A stretch of DNA of 64,000 nt, taken from positions 854 to 64,853 of the IMG/VR virus record IMGVR_UViG_2547132108_000003. The stretch is one strand, 5' to 3'. The notes below the pieces were generated by a model that was not told where the DNA came from, made no database searches, and saw only the letters and a list, made by a program, of their open reading frames with translations. This stretch comes from a virus (lineage: Duplodnaviria > Caudoviricetes). The position numbers and the translations under genes were made by a program. Below, piece by piece: positions 1 to 8,697 of the stretch. Each line of letters begins with the position of its first letter. The first letter of the stretch is position 1.

Positions 1-11
1 ATTTCATTTCC

Positions 12-437
12 TTAATGAAGCATATAGTTTTTCTTTAGTGGCGTTACTTTGTATAAGTACCATAATAGGTTATCCATAAATATTTCCCATCCCATCTGTG
101 TCATATGATATTCATATTGCTTAGTTGATGATATAAACTTTAAATATTTTAGAAACTTTGTGTCCTTATGATCCGTTATTTCAATCTTTTCAATCGACCC
201 ATTGAAAGTGATTAGATTTATATTATCTTCATTTTGTTTTGAAAGTAGCTTAATTAAATTGTTGCTGTCAAAGATACCACTAATAAAAGTTTTAAAGTAA
301 TACTCTCTTCCACCACATAACTCAAGTTTTAATCCTTCTTTTTTGTCATCGATAGAAAACATTGCCCATAACTTTTCACCTGTATCTAACCTTGTGCACT
401 CTTTTGGATGATATGTAAACAGTTTATTCCCCTCCAT
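12..437 (-). CDS. hypothetical phage protein
   Basis: ORF track 12..509; ATG at 437 has AGGTG RBS and avoids overlap with ORF 460..612. Confidence 0.6.
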   Translation of the reverse strand: MEGNKLFTYHPKECTRLDTGEKLWAMFSIDDKKEGLKLELCGGREYYFKTFISGIFDSNNLIKLLSKQNEDNINLITFNGSIEKIEITDHKDTKFLKYLKFISSTKQYEYHMTQMGWEIFMDNLLWYLYKVTPLKKNYMLH

Positions 438-459
438 TTCACCTAATAAAACATGCCTT

Positions 460-612
460 TCATTGTGTCGTCCATTTAATGAAATCTTTAAGTGATGCAT
501 CTCTAACAATTTTATCGTAGTTGGTCAAGTAATAGACGCGATTGTTTTCAATTCGTTGTACCGTCAAGTGAGTATTGAGTGGATCTCGATATGTTTTTCC
601 AACTTCAATCAT
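460..612 (-). CDS. small hypothetical protein (50 aa, MIEVGKTYRDP...)
   Basis: Hand-translated; GGAGAAAGG RBS; fills gap in a co-oriented gene run. Confidence 0.6.
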   Translation of the reverse strand: MIEVGKTYRDPLNTHLTVQRIENNRVYYLTNYDKIVRDASLKDFIKWTTQ

Positions 613-660
613 TCTGCCTTTCTCCTTTCGAAAAACATCCTTTCATCATCTAAAAATACC

Positions 661-1092
661 TCAGCCTTTATAGTATTCAATAAATTCACTGCGATTAATT
701 TCTTGATAGAGACTGTTTAAGTTGGAAGCAGTTTCTCGTACATAGACCATGATTTTTGATATTTCATCCCCAATGTTACTTATGATTCGCATCACATTTT
801 CTTCAATTTCATTACCTAAAAAAGTATAAACATTAAGATAACCATCGTTATCATAAATTAGTACAGTGTATTGAATGTCACTTAAGGGCCTAAACTTAAA
901 TATACCCTCAGGCGGAATCTTGGTACAGTACTCGCATACTACTGTATGCTCTATTCCGTCATCATCAATCAAAATACCTTTATTCCTGTCAGAAATAGAT
1001 AGTTTGACTATTGTACCTTCTCTGTTCCTTCCTGTGCCTATATCATAAATTACTCTATCTCCTAGATATAGGCCGTACCATCCTCTAGCCAT
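661..1092 (-). CDS. hypothetical phage protein
   Basis: 143 aa ORF, GGAGG RBS. Confidence 0.7.
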   Translation of the reverse strand: MARGWYGLYLGDRVIYDIGTGRNREGTIVKLSISDRNKGILIDDDGIEHTVVCEYCTKIPPEGIFKFRPLSDIQYTVLIYDNDGYLNVYTFLGNEIEENVMRIISNIGDEISKIMVYVRETASNLNSLYQEINRSEFIEYYKG

Positions 1093-1141
1093 TTATAAGC
1101 CTCCTTTATTTGGGGTTATACTTTCATATAAAATAGCCATT

Positions 1142-1312
1142 TTAACGCCATGCATTTCCGTAAGTTTTAAGTTCCTCATCAAACTTATTTTTTAATTCCT
1201 CAATTTCCTTGAAAACCATATCATCTCTTGTGTCAGGCTTATGAAGTAATTCATGATATCTTTCACTCAACAAGTTATATAAGATTACCTTTTCTCTAAA
1301 AACTAGTTCCAT
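1142..1312 (-). CDS. small hypothetical protein (56 aa, MELVFREKV...)
   Basis: Hand-translated; AAAGGGG RBS. Confidence 0.55.
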   Translation of the reverse strand: MELVFREKVILYNLLSERYHELLHKPDTRDDMVFKEIEELKNKFDEELKTYGNAWR

Positions 1313-1351
1313 TTTATTTTCCCCTTTCCTATATCCATTCCTATAAAGCAG

Positions 1352-1750
1352 TCACTTTATCGGCATTTTTAGTTTAACAGCTTCCTCATGCTCCAATGTA
1401 TAAATAGTTAATACTACTTTAGAATTAGGATGTTGAGGGAATTGCTCAAACTTTAATATTCCATCTATGAATACATAGCTGCCAATCACATCAAGTGTCT
1501 TTATAAATGGATTATATTGTACGTTCTGCTTTCGAAAATTTATTGACACGTCTAAAGTATGTGGTTCCTCATTTTCTTTTGGATTATAGAAAGTAACCTG
1601 CTGTTCAAAAATTTGAGTAAATTCATTTATGTCAAGAGTGGTAACATATATATCATCAGCCTTGAAGACATTATCAAAAGTAATCTTATTTTCGCATCTT
1701 AGAACTTTATACAACTCCAATCCCTCCCTATAAAATAACCCTTTTTTCAA
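1352..1750 (-). CDS. hypothetical protein
   Basis: 132 aa ORF overlapping stop of the YolD-like gene by 4 nt. Confidence 0.7.
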   Translation of the reverse strand: MKKGLFYREGLELYKVLRCENKITFDNVFKADDIYVTTLDINEFTQIFEQQVTFYNPKENEEPHTLDVSINFRKQNVQYNPFIKTLDVIGSYVFIDGILKFEQFPQHPNSKVVLTIYTLEHEEAVKLKMPIK

Positions 1751-2031
1751 TCTCTTGGATAATCAACACGCATAATATCCATAAATGGAACTTTCACAAC
1801 ACCATTAATTTGTTCAATATGTACTTTACCTGTTCTCGAATCCATTTTATCAATTTGGCCACGAACTGTCTCATCCAAACCCCATACAGTCAATTCAATT
1901 TCAGACTTTTCATAAAATGCCTCAGTGAGTTGGTTCCCTATCTCCTCCAAAACGAATTCATCTCGTGTTGGTCGCTTTGCTACTTTTGGTTTAACTATTT
2001 TTAGTCCCTCCCCTGATGTAATAATAATCAT
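1747..2031 (-). CDS. YolD-like family protein
   Basis: KRPTRDEFVLEEIGNQLTEA...G.IDKMD...KVPFMDIMRV pattern typical of YolD-like proteins. Confidence 0.8.
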   Translation of the reverse strand: MIIITSGEGLKIVKPKVAKRPTRDEFVLEEIGNQLTEAFYEKSEIELTVWGLDETVRGQIDKMDSRTGKVHIEQINGVVKVPFMDIMRVDYPRD

Positions 2032-2105
2032 TTAATACTTAAAATAATATATAACTAGCAGGACTAGTCCTTGTTCTTGCTTATGAATTAGCCCTTTCAT
2101 GTTAA

Positions 2106-2519
2106 TTACTCTTGCTCAATCAGTTTTACGCGATATTTCTTGTCATACTTCTCATCAGTAATCAAATCAATTTCAGCATACAGATAATTTTTTCTAATAT
2201 ATTCTGGTGTTTTTTCGGTAATCAGAGCTAGTCGTTCCATCAAATCGTCAGCGTTTAATGCAGGATAAAAACCAACTTCATTTTGATAATTTTCATGACA
2301 GGCCCAGTATAATTTCATTTTCTTTTCCTCCCTTGGTTTTCCAAACACTGTTTCCATGCCTTCTTCAGTTACTACCCACTGTTTACCAAATTTCCGTATT
2401 GATCCTTTTGGGAACTCCGATGTTAATTGACGCAGCCTAGCATCTGTTATCCCCCACCTCGAAGCTGCCTCTGATGCTGACATGATACGAGGATCATCTA
2501 AGTCGTTATATACCATCAA
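2106..2519 (-). CDS. helix-turn-helix protein (excisionase-like HTH) fused to a second small domain
   Basis: IMSASEAASRWGIT..LRQ..IRKFGKQWVVT HTH; internal GGGAGG + in-frame ATG at 2318. Confidence 0.75.
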   Translation of the reverse strand: MMVYNDLDDPRIMSASEAASRWGITDARLRQLTSEFPKGSIRKFGKQWVVTEEGMETVFGKPREEKKMKLYWACHENYQNEVGFYPALNADDLMERLALITEKTPEYIRKNYLYAEIDLITDEKYDKKYRVKLIEQE

Positions 2520-2553
2520 TCATCACCATTTCTAAATTCCTTTTCTTGGTTAT

Positions 2554-2582
2554 ATCATACCATTTACGATATCGTAAGTCAA
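2554..2582 (-). promoter_or_regulatory. sigmaA promoter with palindromic operator in the spacer
   Basis: TTGACT-17-TATGAT; perfect palindrome TTACGATATCGTAA at 2564-2577. Confidence 0.7.
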
Positions 2583-2711
2583 TATAGTTTATAAAACACA
2601 TCAGCTATTTGTATTTTATTTTTAATAACCTAATGAAATCATCTTTTCATTATGACTCGAATTTAAAACAAAAAAGCCACCATTTAATATTGGCAGCTCT
2701 CTTGAATGTTA

Positions 2712-2960
2712 TTAGTTCTTAACGGTTCCGTAGAAATGACATTGGGTCGTGTTTAATTTATTCAACCACACTGTTTTCGACCAGAATAATGTTCCTTTGT
2801 ACCCACCACTTTTGTAAGGAATGCTGTTAGGACAATCAACATGACCTGTATAGTACTTGACTTCTCTCACTTCTTTTTCGGCAGCAAGCGCTTGAGACGA
2901 GACAGTGAAAACAAGAGCTAGCGAAAGTGACATGAAGACACCAGAAACTTTTTTAAACAT
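2712..2960 (-). CDS. small secreted peptide, possibly LCI-fold/antimicrobial-like
   Basis: Signal peptide ending ALA-A; ~55-aa cationic mature part with PNSIPYKSGGYKGTL and FYGTV, two Cys. Confidence 0.65.
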   Translation of the reverse strand: MFKKVSGVFMSLSLALVFTVSSQALAAEKEVREVKYYTGHVDCPNSIPYKSGGYKGTLFWSKTVWLNKLNTTQCHFYGTVKN

Positions 2961-3155
2961 AACAATCAACCTCTCTTTATCTTTTTTTCTTGTTGCTTTT
3001 AAATTGTACTAAAATTTCTTCCATATTTTTTCTCAAATGATTATCTCGCAGAAAAAGGACATTATCTGGTGCAAAAATTGTCGAAAAATGATGATAATTT
3101 TGTCGTTTAAATAATAATAAGACGCTTAGATTAATAAAATCTAAACGTCGCCCCA

Positions 3156-4187
3156 TTAAACTTCCATTTCAAGCTGTCCTGTTTTATCCTCATTCTCATT
3201 AATGCTTAATGATTCAACGAGTAATTCCACACGTTTTCGGACTTTGTTTTCTGCTGCTGTGCTTCCCAATTTAGTAGCCTTATAATTATTTTTCACAATT
3301 ACATTTCCTGTTAGGCCAGCAAATTCAACGGGGTCAACATTGTACTTCATTGCTATTATTGCAGCCTTGGCTAAGGCAACAACATCATTTTTCTTGAGTA
3401 ATCTTTTCCGCTCTTTTTCTTCATATTTACTAAATCCTTTTTCGAGATAATCTACCACACTAGAGATTTTATTTTTCAATTCATCATCAATACCATAAAT
3501 CCTTAGATCCAATGCAATAGCTTGAAGTAATTTCCCACTTAATTCACCATATCTATCTTGTATTATTCCAATCATCTGTAAGACAATTTCTTGATCAAGA
3601 AACTTATCTCTCTGCTTATCAGAGACATTGATAATACTGAAAAATTGCTTTTCTGTTATGATATTAATCCATTCTAAGTTTTCAGTTCCTAAAATACTGC
3701 GAATCAATTCCACATTTAATAAAGGCGTACCACTGTTTAAGCGTTTGAAAACTTGATCTCTCTGGTCAACTGTCAGTGAATCAAATTGAATAACATTGAT
3801 ATAGGTATCAATTGAAATAAGTTCTTGAAGTTCTACAGGCAATTCCGAATACTTCATACCTGTTACATCTATTCCATACACAATACATTCAGTAAGTGCC
3901 CATTCATCATTTTGAAAGGAGACAAACCTTGTCAATCTTTGCTTTCCATCTAAAAGCCACAATTCTTTGTCTGGTGTTCTCAAAGCATATACTGGTGGAA
4001 TAGGATATCCAAGAAATGCCGATTCAATTAGACTGGTACCTTGCTCATCTGTCCATCTAAGATTTCTTTGAATTGCAAGATCAAAGCGCAGCTTCATCTT
4101 AGACAACTGCCTTATGTTAAAAGGTTGGCTTGGCTGTTTTGCCAATCTTTCTTCAGCTATACGTTCAGCTAACGTTTTATTTTCCAC
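3156..4187 (-). CDS. DUF262 (GmrS/ParB-like) domain protein
   Basis: IQRNLRW..SLIES..GYPIPP..LLDGKQRLT motifs; RLNSGTPL. Confidence 0.85.
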   Translation of the reverse strand: MENKTLAERIAEERLAKQPSQPFNIRQLSKMKLRFDLAIQRNLRWTDEQGTSLIESAFLGYPIPPVYALRTPDKELWLLDGKQRLTRFVSFQNDEWALTECIVYGIDVTGMKYSELPVELQELISIDTYINVIQFDSLTVDQRDQVFKRLNSGTPLLNVELIRSILGTENLEWINIITEKQFFSIINVSDKQRDKFLDQEIVLQMIGIIQDRYGELSGKLLQAIALDLRIYGIDDELKNKISSVVDYLEKGFSKYEEKERKRLLKKNDVVALAKAAIIAMKYNVDPVEFAGLTGNVIVKNNYKATKLGSTAAENKVRKRVELLVESLSINENEDKTGQLEMEV

Positions 4188-4518
4188 GTCTGTACACTCC
4201 GTTCTGTTATGTACTGATTATAGTTTCATTATACTATATTTGGTAGTTGTGGTCCTCTATAATACTTTAATATGGACATTTCATTTGGATTACGTTTCCT
4301 CAAAATACCCTTTCTCATCCAGCTCCTTTCTCTTCGAAACTAAATATTCAATAACTATAAGAAGGTTTTTATCACATGCCTCATCATATCTTTTCTGCCA
4401 TTCATCCTTAAACACTTTCTTCAATTTTACTCTCCCCTTCACCTTTTGAAAGATACGTTTTAATGGATTTTGTAGCGGCCTAGCAATAAAACTAAGCCGC
4501 TGTTATTATGCGTTTCTG

Positions 4519-7500
4519 TTATACGATATTTTGCTTACCCCATCGAATAAATGTTCTACCTTCCTCATCTTTCTCTTTGGTCATTAGCATATCAAGCAAA
4601 TCAAAGTGAACACCATATTTTTCGTACAACTCTTCATCTTCTAATTCCTGATTCTTCATAAACAAATTTAACTTTTCTTTTGCAAGGATCAAACCGAGGA
4701 GATTACTTTCAATTGAATTTTCATACGTTACAAAGTGTATTTCTTTCATATCTTCGCTGTTATATCTGACAAATCGGAAATAGTATTGGCTCATCGTTGC
4801 CTCATTCCATGACAACTCAGGAATGATGACCTTATTCACAAAGCCTATATTCATACTGCTGCTTAAACTCTGTTGAGTGCTCAGTAAGATCCCATTCCCA
4901 GACTTTCGTAATTCCTTTACAATCTCTTTTCGTTTGTTAAGGCTCACTTTGTCGCCTGTTATAATGAAAAGCGGTCTATTAGGGAATTTCGAGCGAATAG
5001 TAGATGCATAAGCATTAACCGGTTTGATGTGCCTTACTCCGATTGCAACACACTCATTTTCCCACTTGCCAAGCATCGACATTACGTCCATAAACTTATT
5101 CGGCGTACCGCCAAGATACTCTTTATATACTTGAGGAGCAGCACATATTTTAAGCATTAACATAAGTTGATTTAGAATTTCTAACATTCTGTCCTTGCGT
5201 AAATTCCCTGTACTTTTAAACAGATGTTTCATTGAATAAAATTCCTCAATTGCTTTTCTATATAATTCTCTTTCATTCGAATTAAAAGTGCTTGTGTTTT
5301 GAATTATTTCATAAATCTTCTGTCCTCTAACCTCTTCGAATGTCCGTGTAATAATCGTTTTATCGATCAGATTTTTAAGGACTTTGCTGTTATAGATATC
5401 CTGTGTATGTTGACCTATACCGAAAACAGTTATCTTTTCTGGTATATGTGACTCTTGAAACAATTTATAGCCTCTGTGATAAGCAGGAATAGGTTTCATA
5501 TAATATTCGTTAATAGTTTCCTTTAGACTCTCTGGAGTGTCTCTATCTCGCTTATAGATATACTCGCATTCACTCAGCATATTAATGCTGTTGTTGTAGA
5601 GCAATTCAAATTGTGTAGCAGCTTCAGCGATTGTATTACGTGTCATTGTGCCAGTCATAAGCGTTTTATACTTCACCTTACGAAATGCGCTTAAAACGGC
5701 TTTTGTGCGCTTTGACGTTGGACTAGAAATATTATCAGCCTCATCTAAGATTAAAGCGACTTTTTGGGATTGCTGTTTAATGTACTTCTTAATTTGCTTT
5801 TGATACTTTGACAAGATATTCAACGTAACAATTACAATTTGACCGTGTTTTATTTTTGTAATATCAGCTAATTCATTAATGCGAATATAATCCAATTTGT
5901 AATTTTGCAAAATCACTTGCCATGTGTTATTGATTGCAATAGCAGTTGAAACTACAAACACATTACGAACATTATTATTTTTGAATCTATAAAGCAAATT
6001 TGCAATACCTGAAACACTTTTTCCAGCACCTTGACCCCATTGTAAAAATCCATAATTTTTCTGAATAATTTTATTTGTATCTTCTTTTTGAATTGGATTT
6101 AATCTGATTTCCTCTTCGTTCTCATGATCCACTATCACAAGTTCATCAAGGAAAAGTTTGATATTAGGATTTAGCTCCAACCCATGAAACATTTTTGATT
6201 GTTGCTGGAATTTTTTAACCCTGCTGTTAAATAGCTTTTTATAACTCTGATCTTCAAACGGATAATTGTTATTAAGTATCATGTCATTAAACGACATTTC
6301 TTTAACACCTGTAAACTTATACAGATAGACCTTATCCTTATGTGAATATCCTTTTAATTTTAAACCGTAAGATGTTTTAACAAGTTTAATTTCTTGACGT
6401 TCCTTTATATGTTGATTTTTTATGATTCGCTTTAAGTAGGATAAAACCTTATTGGGAGTCAAACGAACCTTTTCCCATTCGTCCCACTTCATTCCTTCAG
6501 GCATAACCTGTGTATGATACCTATTCACATACTCAACACATTTTGCATAATGCTGCATTATATGCTTATTACGTTGGATATCGAATAAATACTTTTTAAC
6601 TTTTTCCTGAAACTCTAGATCGCCACTGTTACTATTCAATTGCTCGAAGAAGAGTTTATGCTTAATCTTCTGTTTTTGTTCCGTAACTGGCTTTATGTAT
6701 TGGGTGTAAATATATTCGCTACTCTTCTGATCGATGGCTGTTATATGTAATTTTGTGGTATATGGTTTGTCGACTGTTACATGTTCGCTTTTCTTTTGAA
6801 AGAACATTATCTTAGTACGGAATGAATTGACTCCGACATTCTTAAAGGAATCGGAAGGAATTTCAGCCTGATATATGAAGTTGAATCTGTTATTAATCGC
6901 TTTTATCATTCCTGAATCTGCGAAATCATCTGCAAGGAATGAGACTGGAACAATCAGAGCAAGAATTCCAGCAGGTTTCAGAAGGTCAAAAGCCTTGATA
7001 CAGTAATATAACTGTGATAAGTATTCTGCTTTACCTACATTCCATTTAAGGTTGAAAGGTGGATTACCTAACACATAATCAAACTTTACAGAAGGTTCCC
7101 AGCTTCTAATATCATCGGCTGTTATGTTAGCATCAGGGTAAAGGAATCTAGCAATTTTGAAAGCCTTAATATCTAATTCGCAGCCGTATACATTGGATTG
7201 ATTCGGTAGCCAGTTGAAGAAGTTGCCCATACCGCATGTCATATCTGCAATTAGATCATGATGGGAAGGCTTGATACAATTAACAAGGAATTTAGACAAT
7301 GTATGAGGAGTGAAAAATTGCCCGTTCTCCTCTAGTTTCTTAGCCTCTGTGTAAGCATGGAATGAATCAAAGTCATTATAATTCAGACCATGTAGGCCAC
7401 CGAAACCTGAATAACTCAAATACACATCATTAGCGGTCACTTTGTATTTTTCAGTTAAATTATTTTCAATAAGAAACAAAATTTTTTCATTAACTTCACT

Positions 7501-7545
7501 TCTTTTACTTTGAGGAATTGAAATCTCTTTAATCTCGTATTTCAT
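4519..7545 (-). CDS. N6-adenine DNA methyltransferase-SF2 helicase fusion
   Basis: GQFFTP, DMTCGMGNF (motif I), GNPPF (motif IV); Walker A GQGAGKS, Walker B LILDEAD, MTGT; helicase-C STQQSLSSSMNI. Confidence 0.9.
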   Translation of the reverse strand: MKYEIKEISIPQSKRSEVNEKILFLIENNLTEKYKVTANDVYLSYSGFGGLHGLNYNDFDSFHAYTEAKKLEENGQFFTPHTLSKFLVNCIKPSHHDLIADMTCGMGNFFNWLPNQSNVYGCELDIKAFKIARFLYPDANITADDIRSWEPSVKFDYVLGNPPFNLKWNVGKAEYLSQLYYCIKAFDLLKPAGILALIVPVSFLADDFADSGMIKAINNRFNFIYQAEIPSDSFKNVGVNSFRTKIMFFQKKSEHVTVDKPYTTKLHITAIDQKSSEYIYTQYIKPVTEQKQKIKHKLFFEQLNSNSGDLEFQEKVKKYLFDIQRNKHIMQHYAKCVEYVNRYHTQVMPEGMKWDEWEKVRLTPNKVLSYLKRIIKNQHIKERQEIKLVKTSYGLKLKGYSHKDKVYLYKFTGVKEMSFNDMILNNNYPFEDQSYKKLFNSRVKKFQQQSKMFHGLELNPNIKLFLDELVIVDHENEEEIRLNPIQKEDTNKIIQKNYGFLQWGQGAGKSVSGIANLLYRFKNNNVRNVFVVSTAIAINNTWQVILQNYKLDYIRINELADITKIKHGQIVIVTLNILSKYQKQIKKYIKQQSQKVALILDEADNISSPTSKRTKAVLSAFRKVKYKTLMTGTMTRNTIAEAATQFELLYNNSINMLSECEYIYKRDRDTPESLKETINEYYMKPIPAYHRGYKLFQESHIPEKITVFGIGQHTQDIYNSKVLKNLIDKTIITRTFEEVRGQKIYEIIQNTSTFNSNERELYRKAIEEFYSMKHLFKSTGNLRKDRMLEILNQLMLMLKICAAPQVYKEYLGGTPNKFMDVMSMLGKWENECVAIGVRHIKPVNAYASTIRSKFPNRPLFIITGDKVSLNKRKEIVKELRKSGNGILLSTQQSLSSSMNIGFVNKVIIPELSWNEATMSQYYFRFVRYNSEDMKEIHFVTYENSIESNLLGLILAKEKLNLFMKNQELEDEELYEKYGVHFDLLDMLMTKEKDEEGRTFIRWGKQNIV

Positions 7546-8605
7546 TTATATTTCCCTCCTTAAATCTAACATCATCTTCTATTTGGTATCTAAATTCGCC
7601 AAAATATTTTCTTTCTGCTTCTTTTCTTGCTTTTACCGCTTCTTCAAAATTTTTAAAATAACCTATTATGATCCTTTTTTTGTTAACGTTTATACGAACA
7701 ACCCATGTATTTCGAGTTTTAAACCAAGACACACCAGTTACACCAGAGGTATTATTTCTTTGAATAGTTTTATTCATTTGATTTTCACTTATAGTTGATT
7801 GTCTCAGATTCATTTTTCTATTGTCTTTAGTATTATGATCCCTATGGTCACAAATGATATTATCATCTATTATATTCATAACTAACCTATGCATAAATAT
7901 CATTTTATTATTTTTGTCATTTGCTACAACATAATCATTTTTTATGTACCATGTATATTTTAAAACAATGTCATAGTCCTCTGTATCAAAATAAAATCGT
8001 TCGCCTTTTTTAGTTATTCCTGTTATACAGTCATCATTAAATTCGAAAGTATTTGACTTTTTTATACATCCACAAGACTGAGTATGACCATTTTCCAGAC
8101 AATCATATCCTACAACTTTAGAACCTCCACATTCGCATTCACAAAGCCAGCTATGATAACCGTATTTATTTTTGCTAACTATTTTTATCGCTGTCAATTT
8201 CCCGTACTTGTTACTTGTTATATCTCTAATAAAACCTCTCATACATCCACAACCTTTTGTTTTTCCACTTTTTAATGATTCTGAATCTACAATCATTTTT
8301 GTATTTTTATCGCATGAACATAGGCAATTCCATAATGGCTTGTTATGTTTATTCCTTCCTGCATAACTTAATATTTGTAAATTTCCGTATATCCTTCCTG
8401 TTAAATCTTCAATGTTATTCAGGCATCCACAACTTTTTACATTTCCACTTCTTAAATTACTTGCATGAACTATTTTAGGAGTTTTATTTTCACAAGTGCA
8501 TTCACATAACCATTGATTTCTACCTTTGCTATCCTTACCTTCATACTTTATCACTTTTAATAAACTAAAAATTTTTCCGGTTAAATCATCTAACTTTTTC
8601 CCCAC
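7529..8605 (-). CDS. HNH homing endonuclease with C-terminal AP2 domain
   Basis: Three DLTG..(WLCECxC..G..KSCGC) repeats; MHRLVM..DHRDHNTKDNRKMNL; NNTSGVTGVSW..GYFKNFEEAVKARKEAE. Confidence 0.9.
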   Translation of the reverse strand: MGKKLDDLTGKIFSLLKVIKYEGKDSKGRNQWLCECTCENKTPKIVHASNLRSGNVKSCGCLNNIEDLTGRIYGNLQILSYAGRNKHNKPLWNCLCSCDKNTKMIVDSESLKSGKTKGCGCMRGFIRDITSNKYGKLTAIKIVSKNKYGYHSWLCECECGGSKVVGYDCLENGHTQSCGCIKKSNTFEFNDDCITGITKKGERFYFDTEDYDIVLKYTWYIKNDYVVANDKNNKMIFMHRLVMNIIDDNIICDHRDHNTKDNRKMNLRQSTISENQMNKTIQRNNTSGVTGVSWFKTRNTWVVRINVNKKRIIIGYFKNFEEAVKARKEAERKYFGEFRYQIEDDVRFKEGNINEIRD

Positions 8606-8697
8606 TCTATAACTCCTTCGCTGTTATAATGTTGTTTCTGAGAGCCGCTAACCTTTGCCAGTGGATCAGGAAAGCGGCTGTTATTATGTATTTTATG

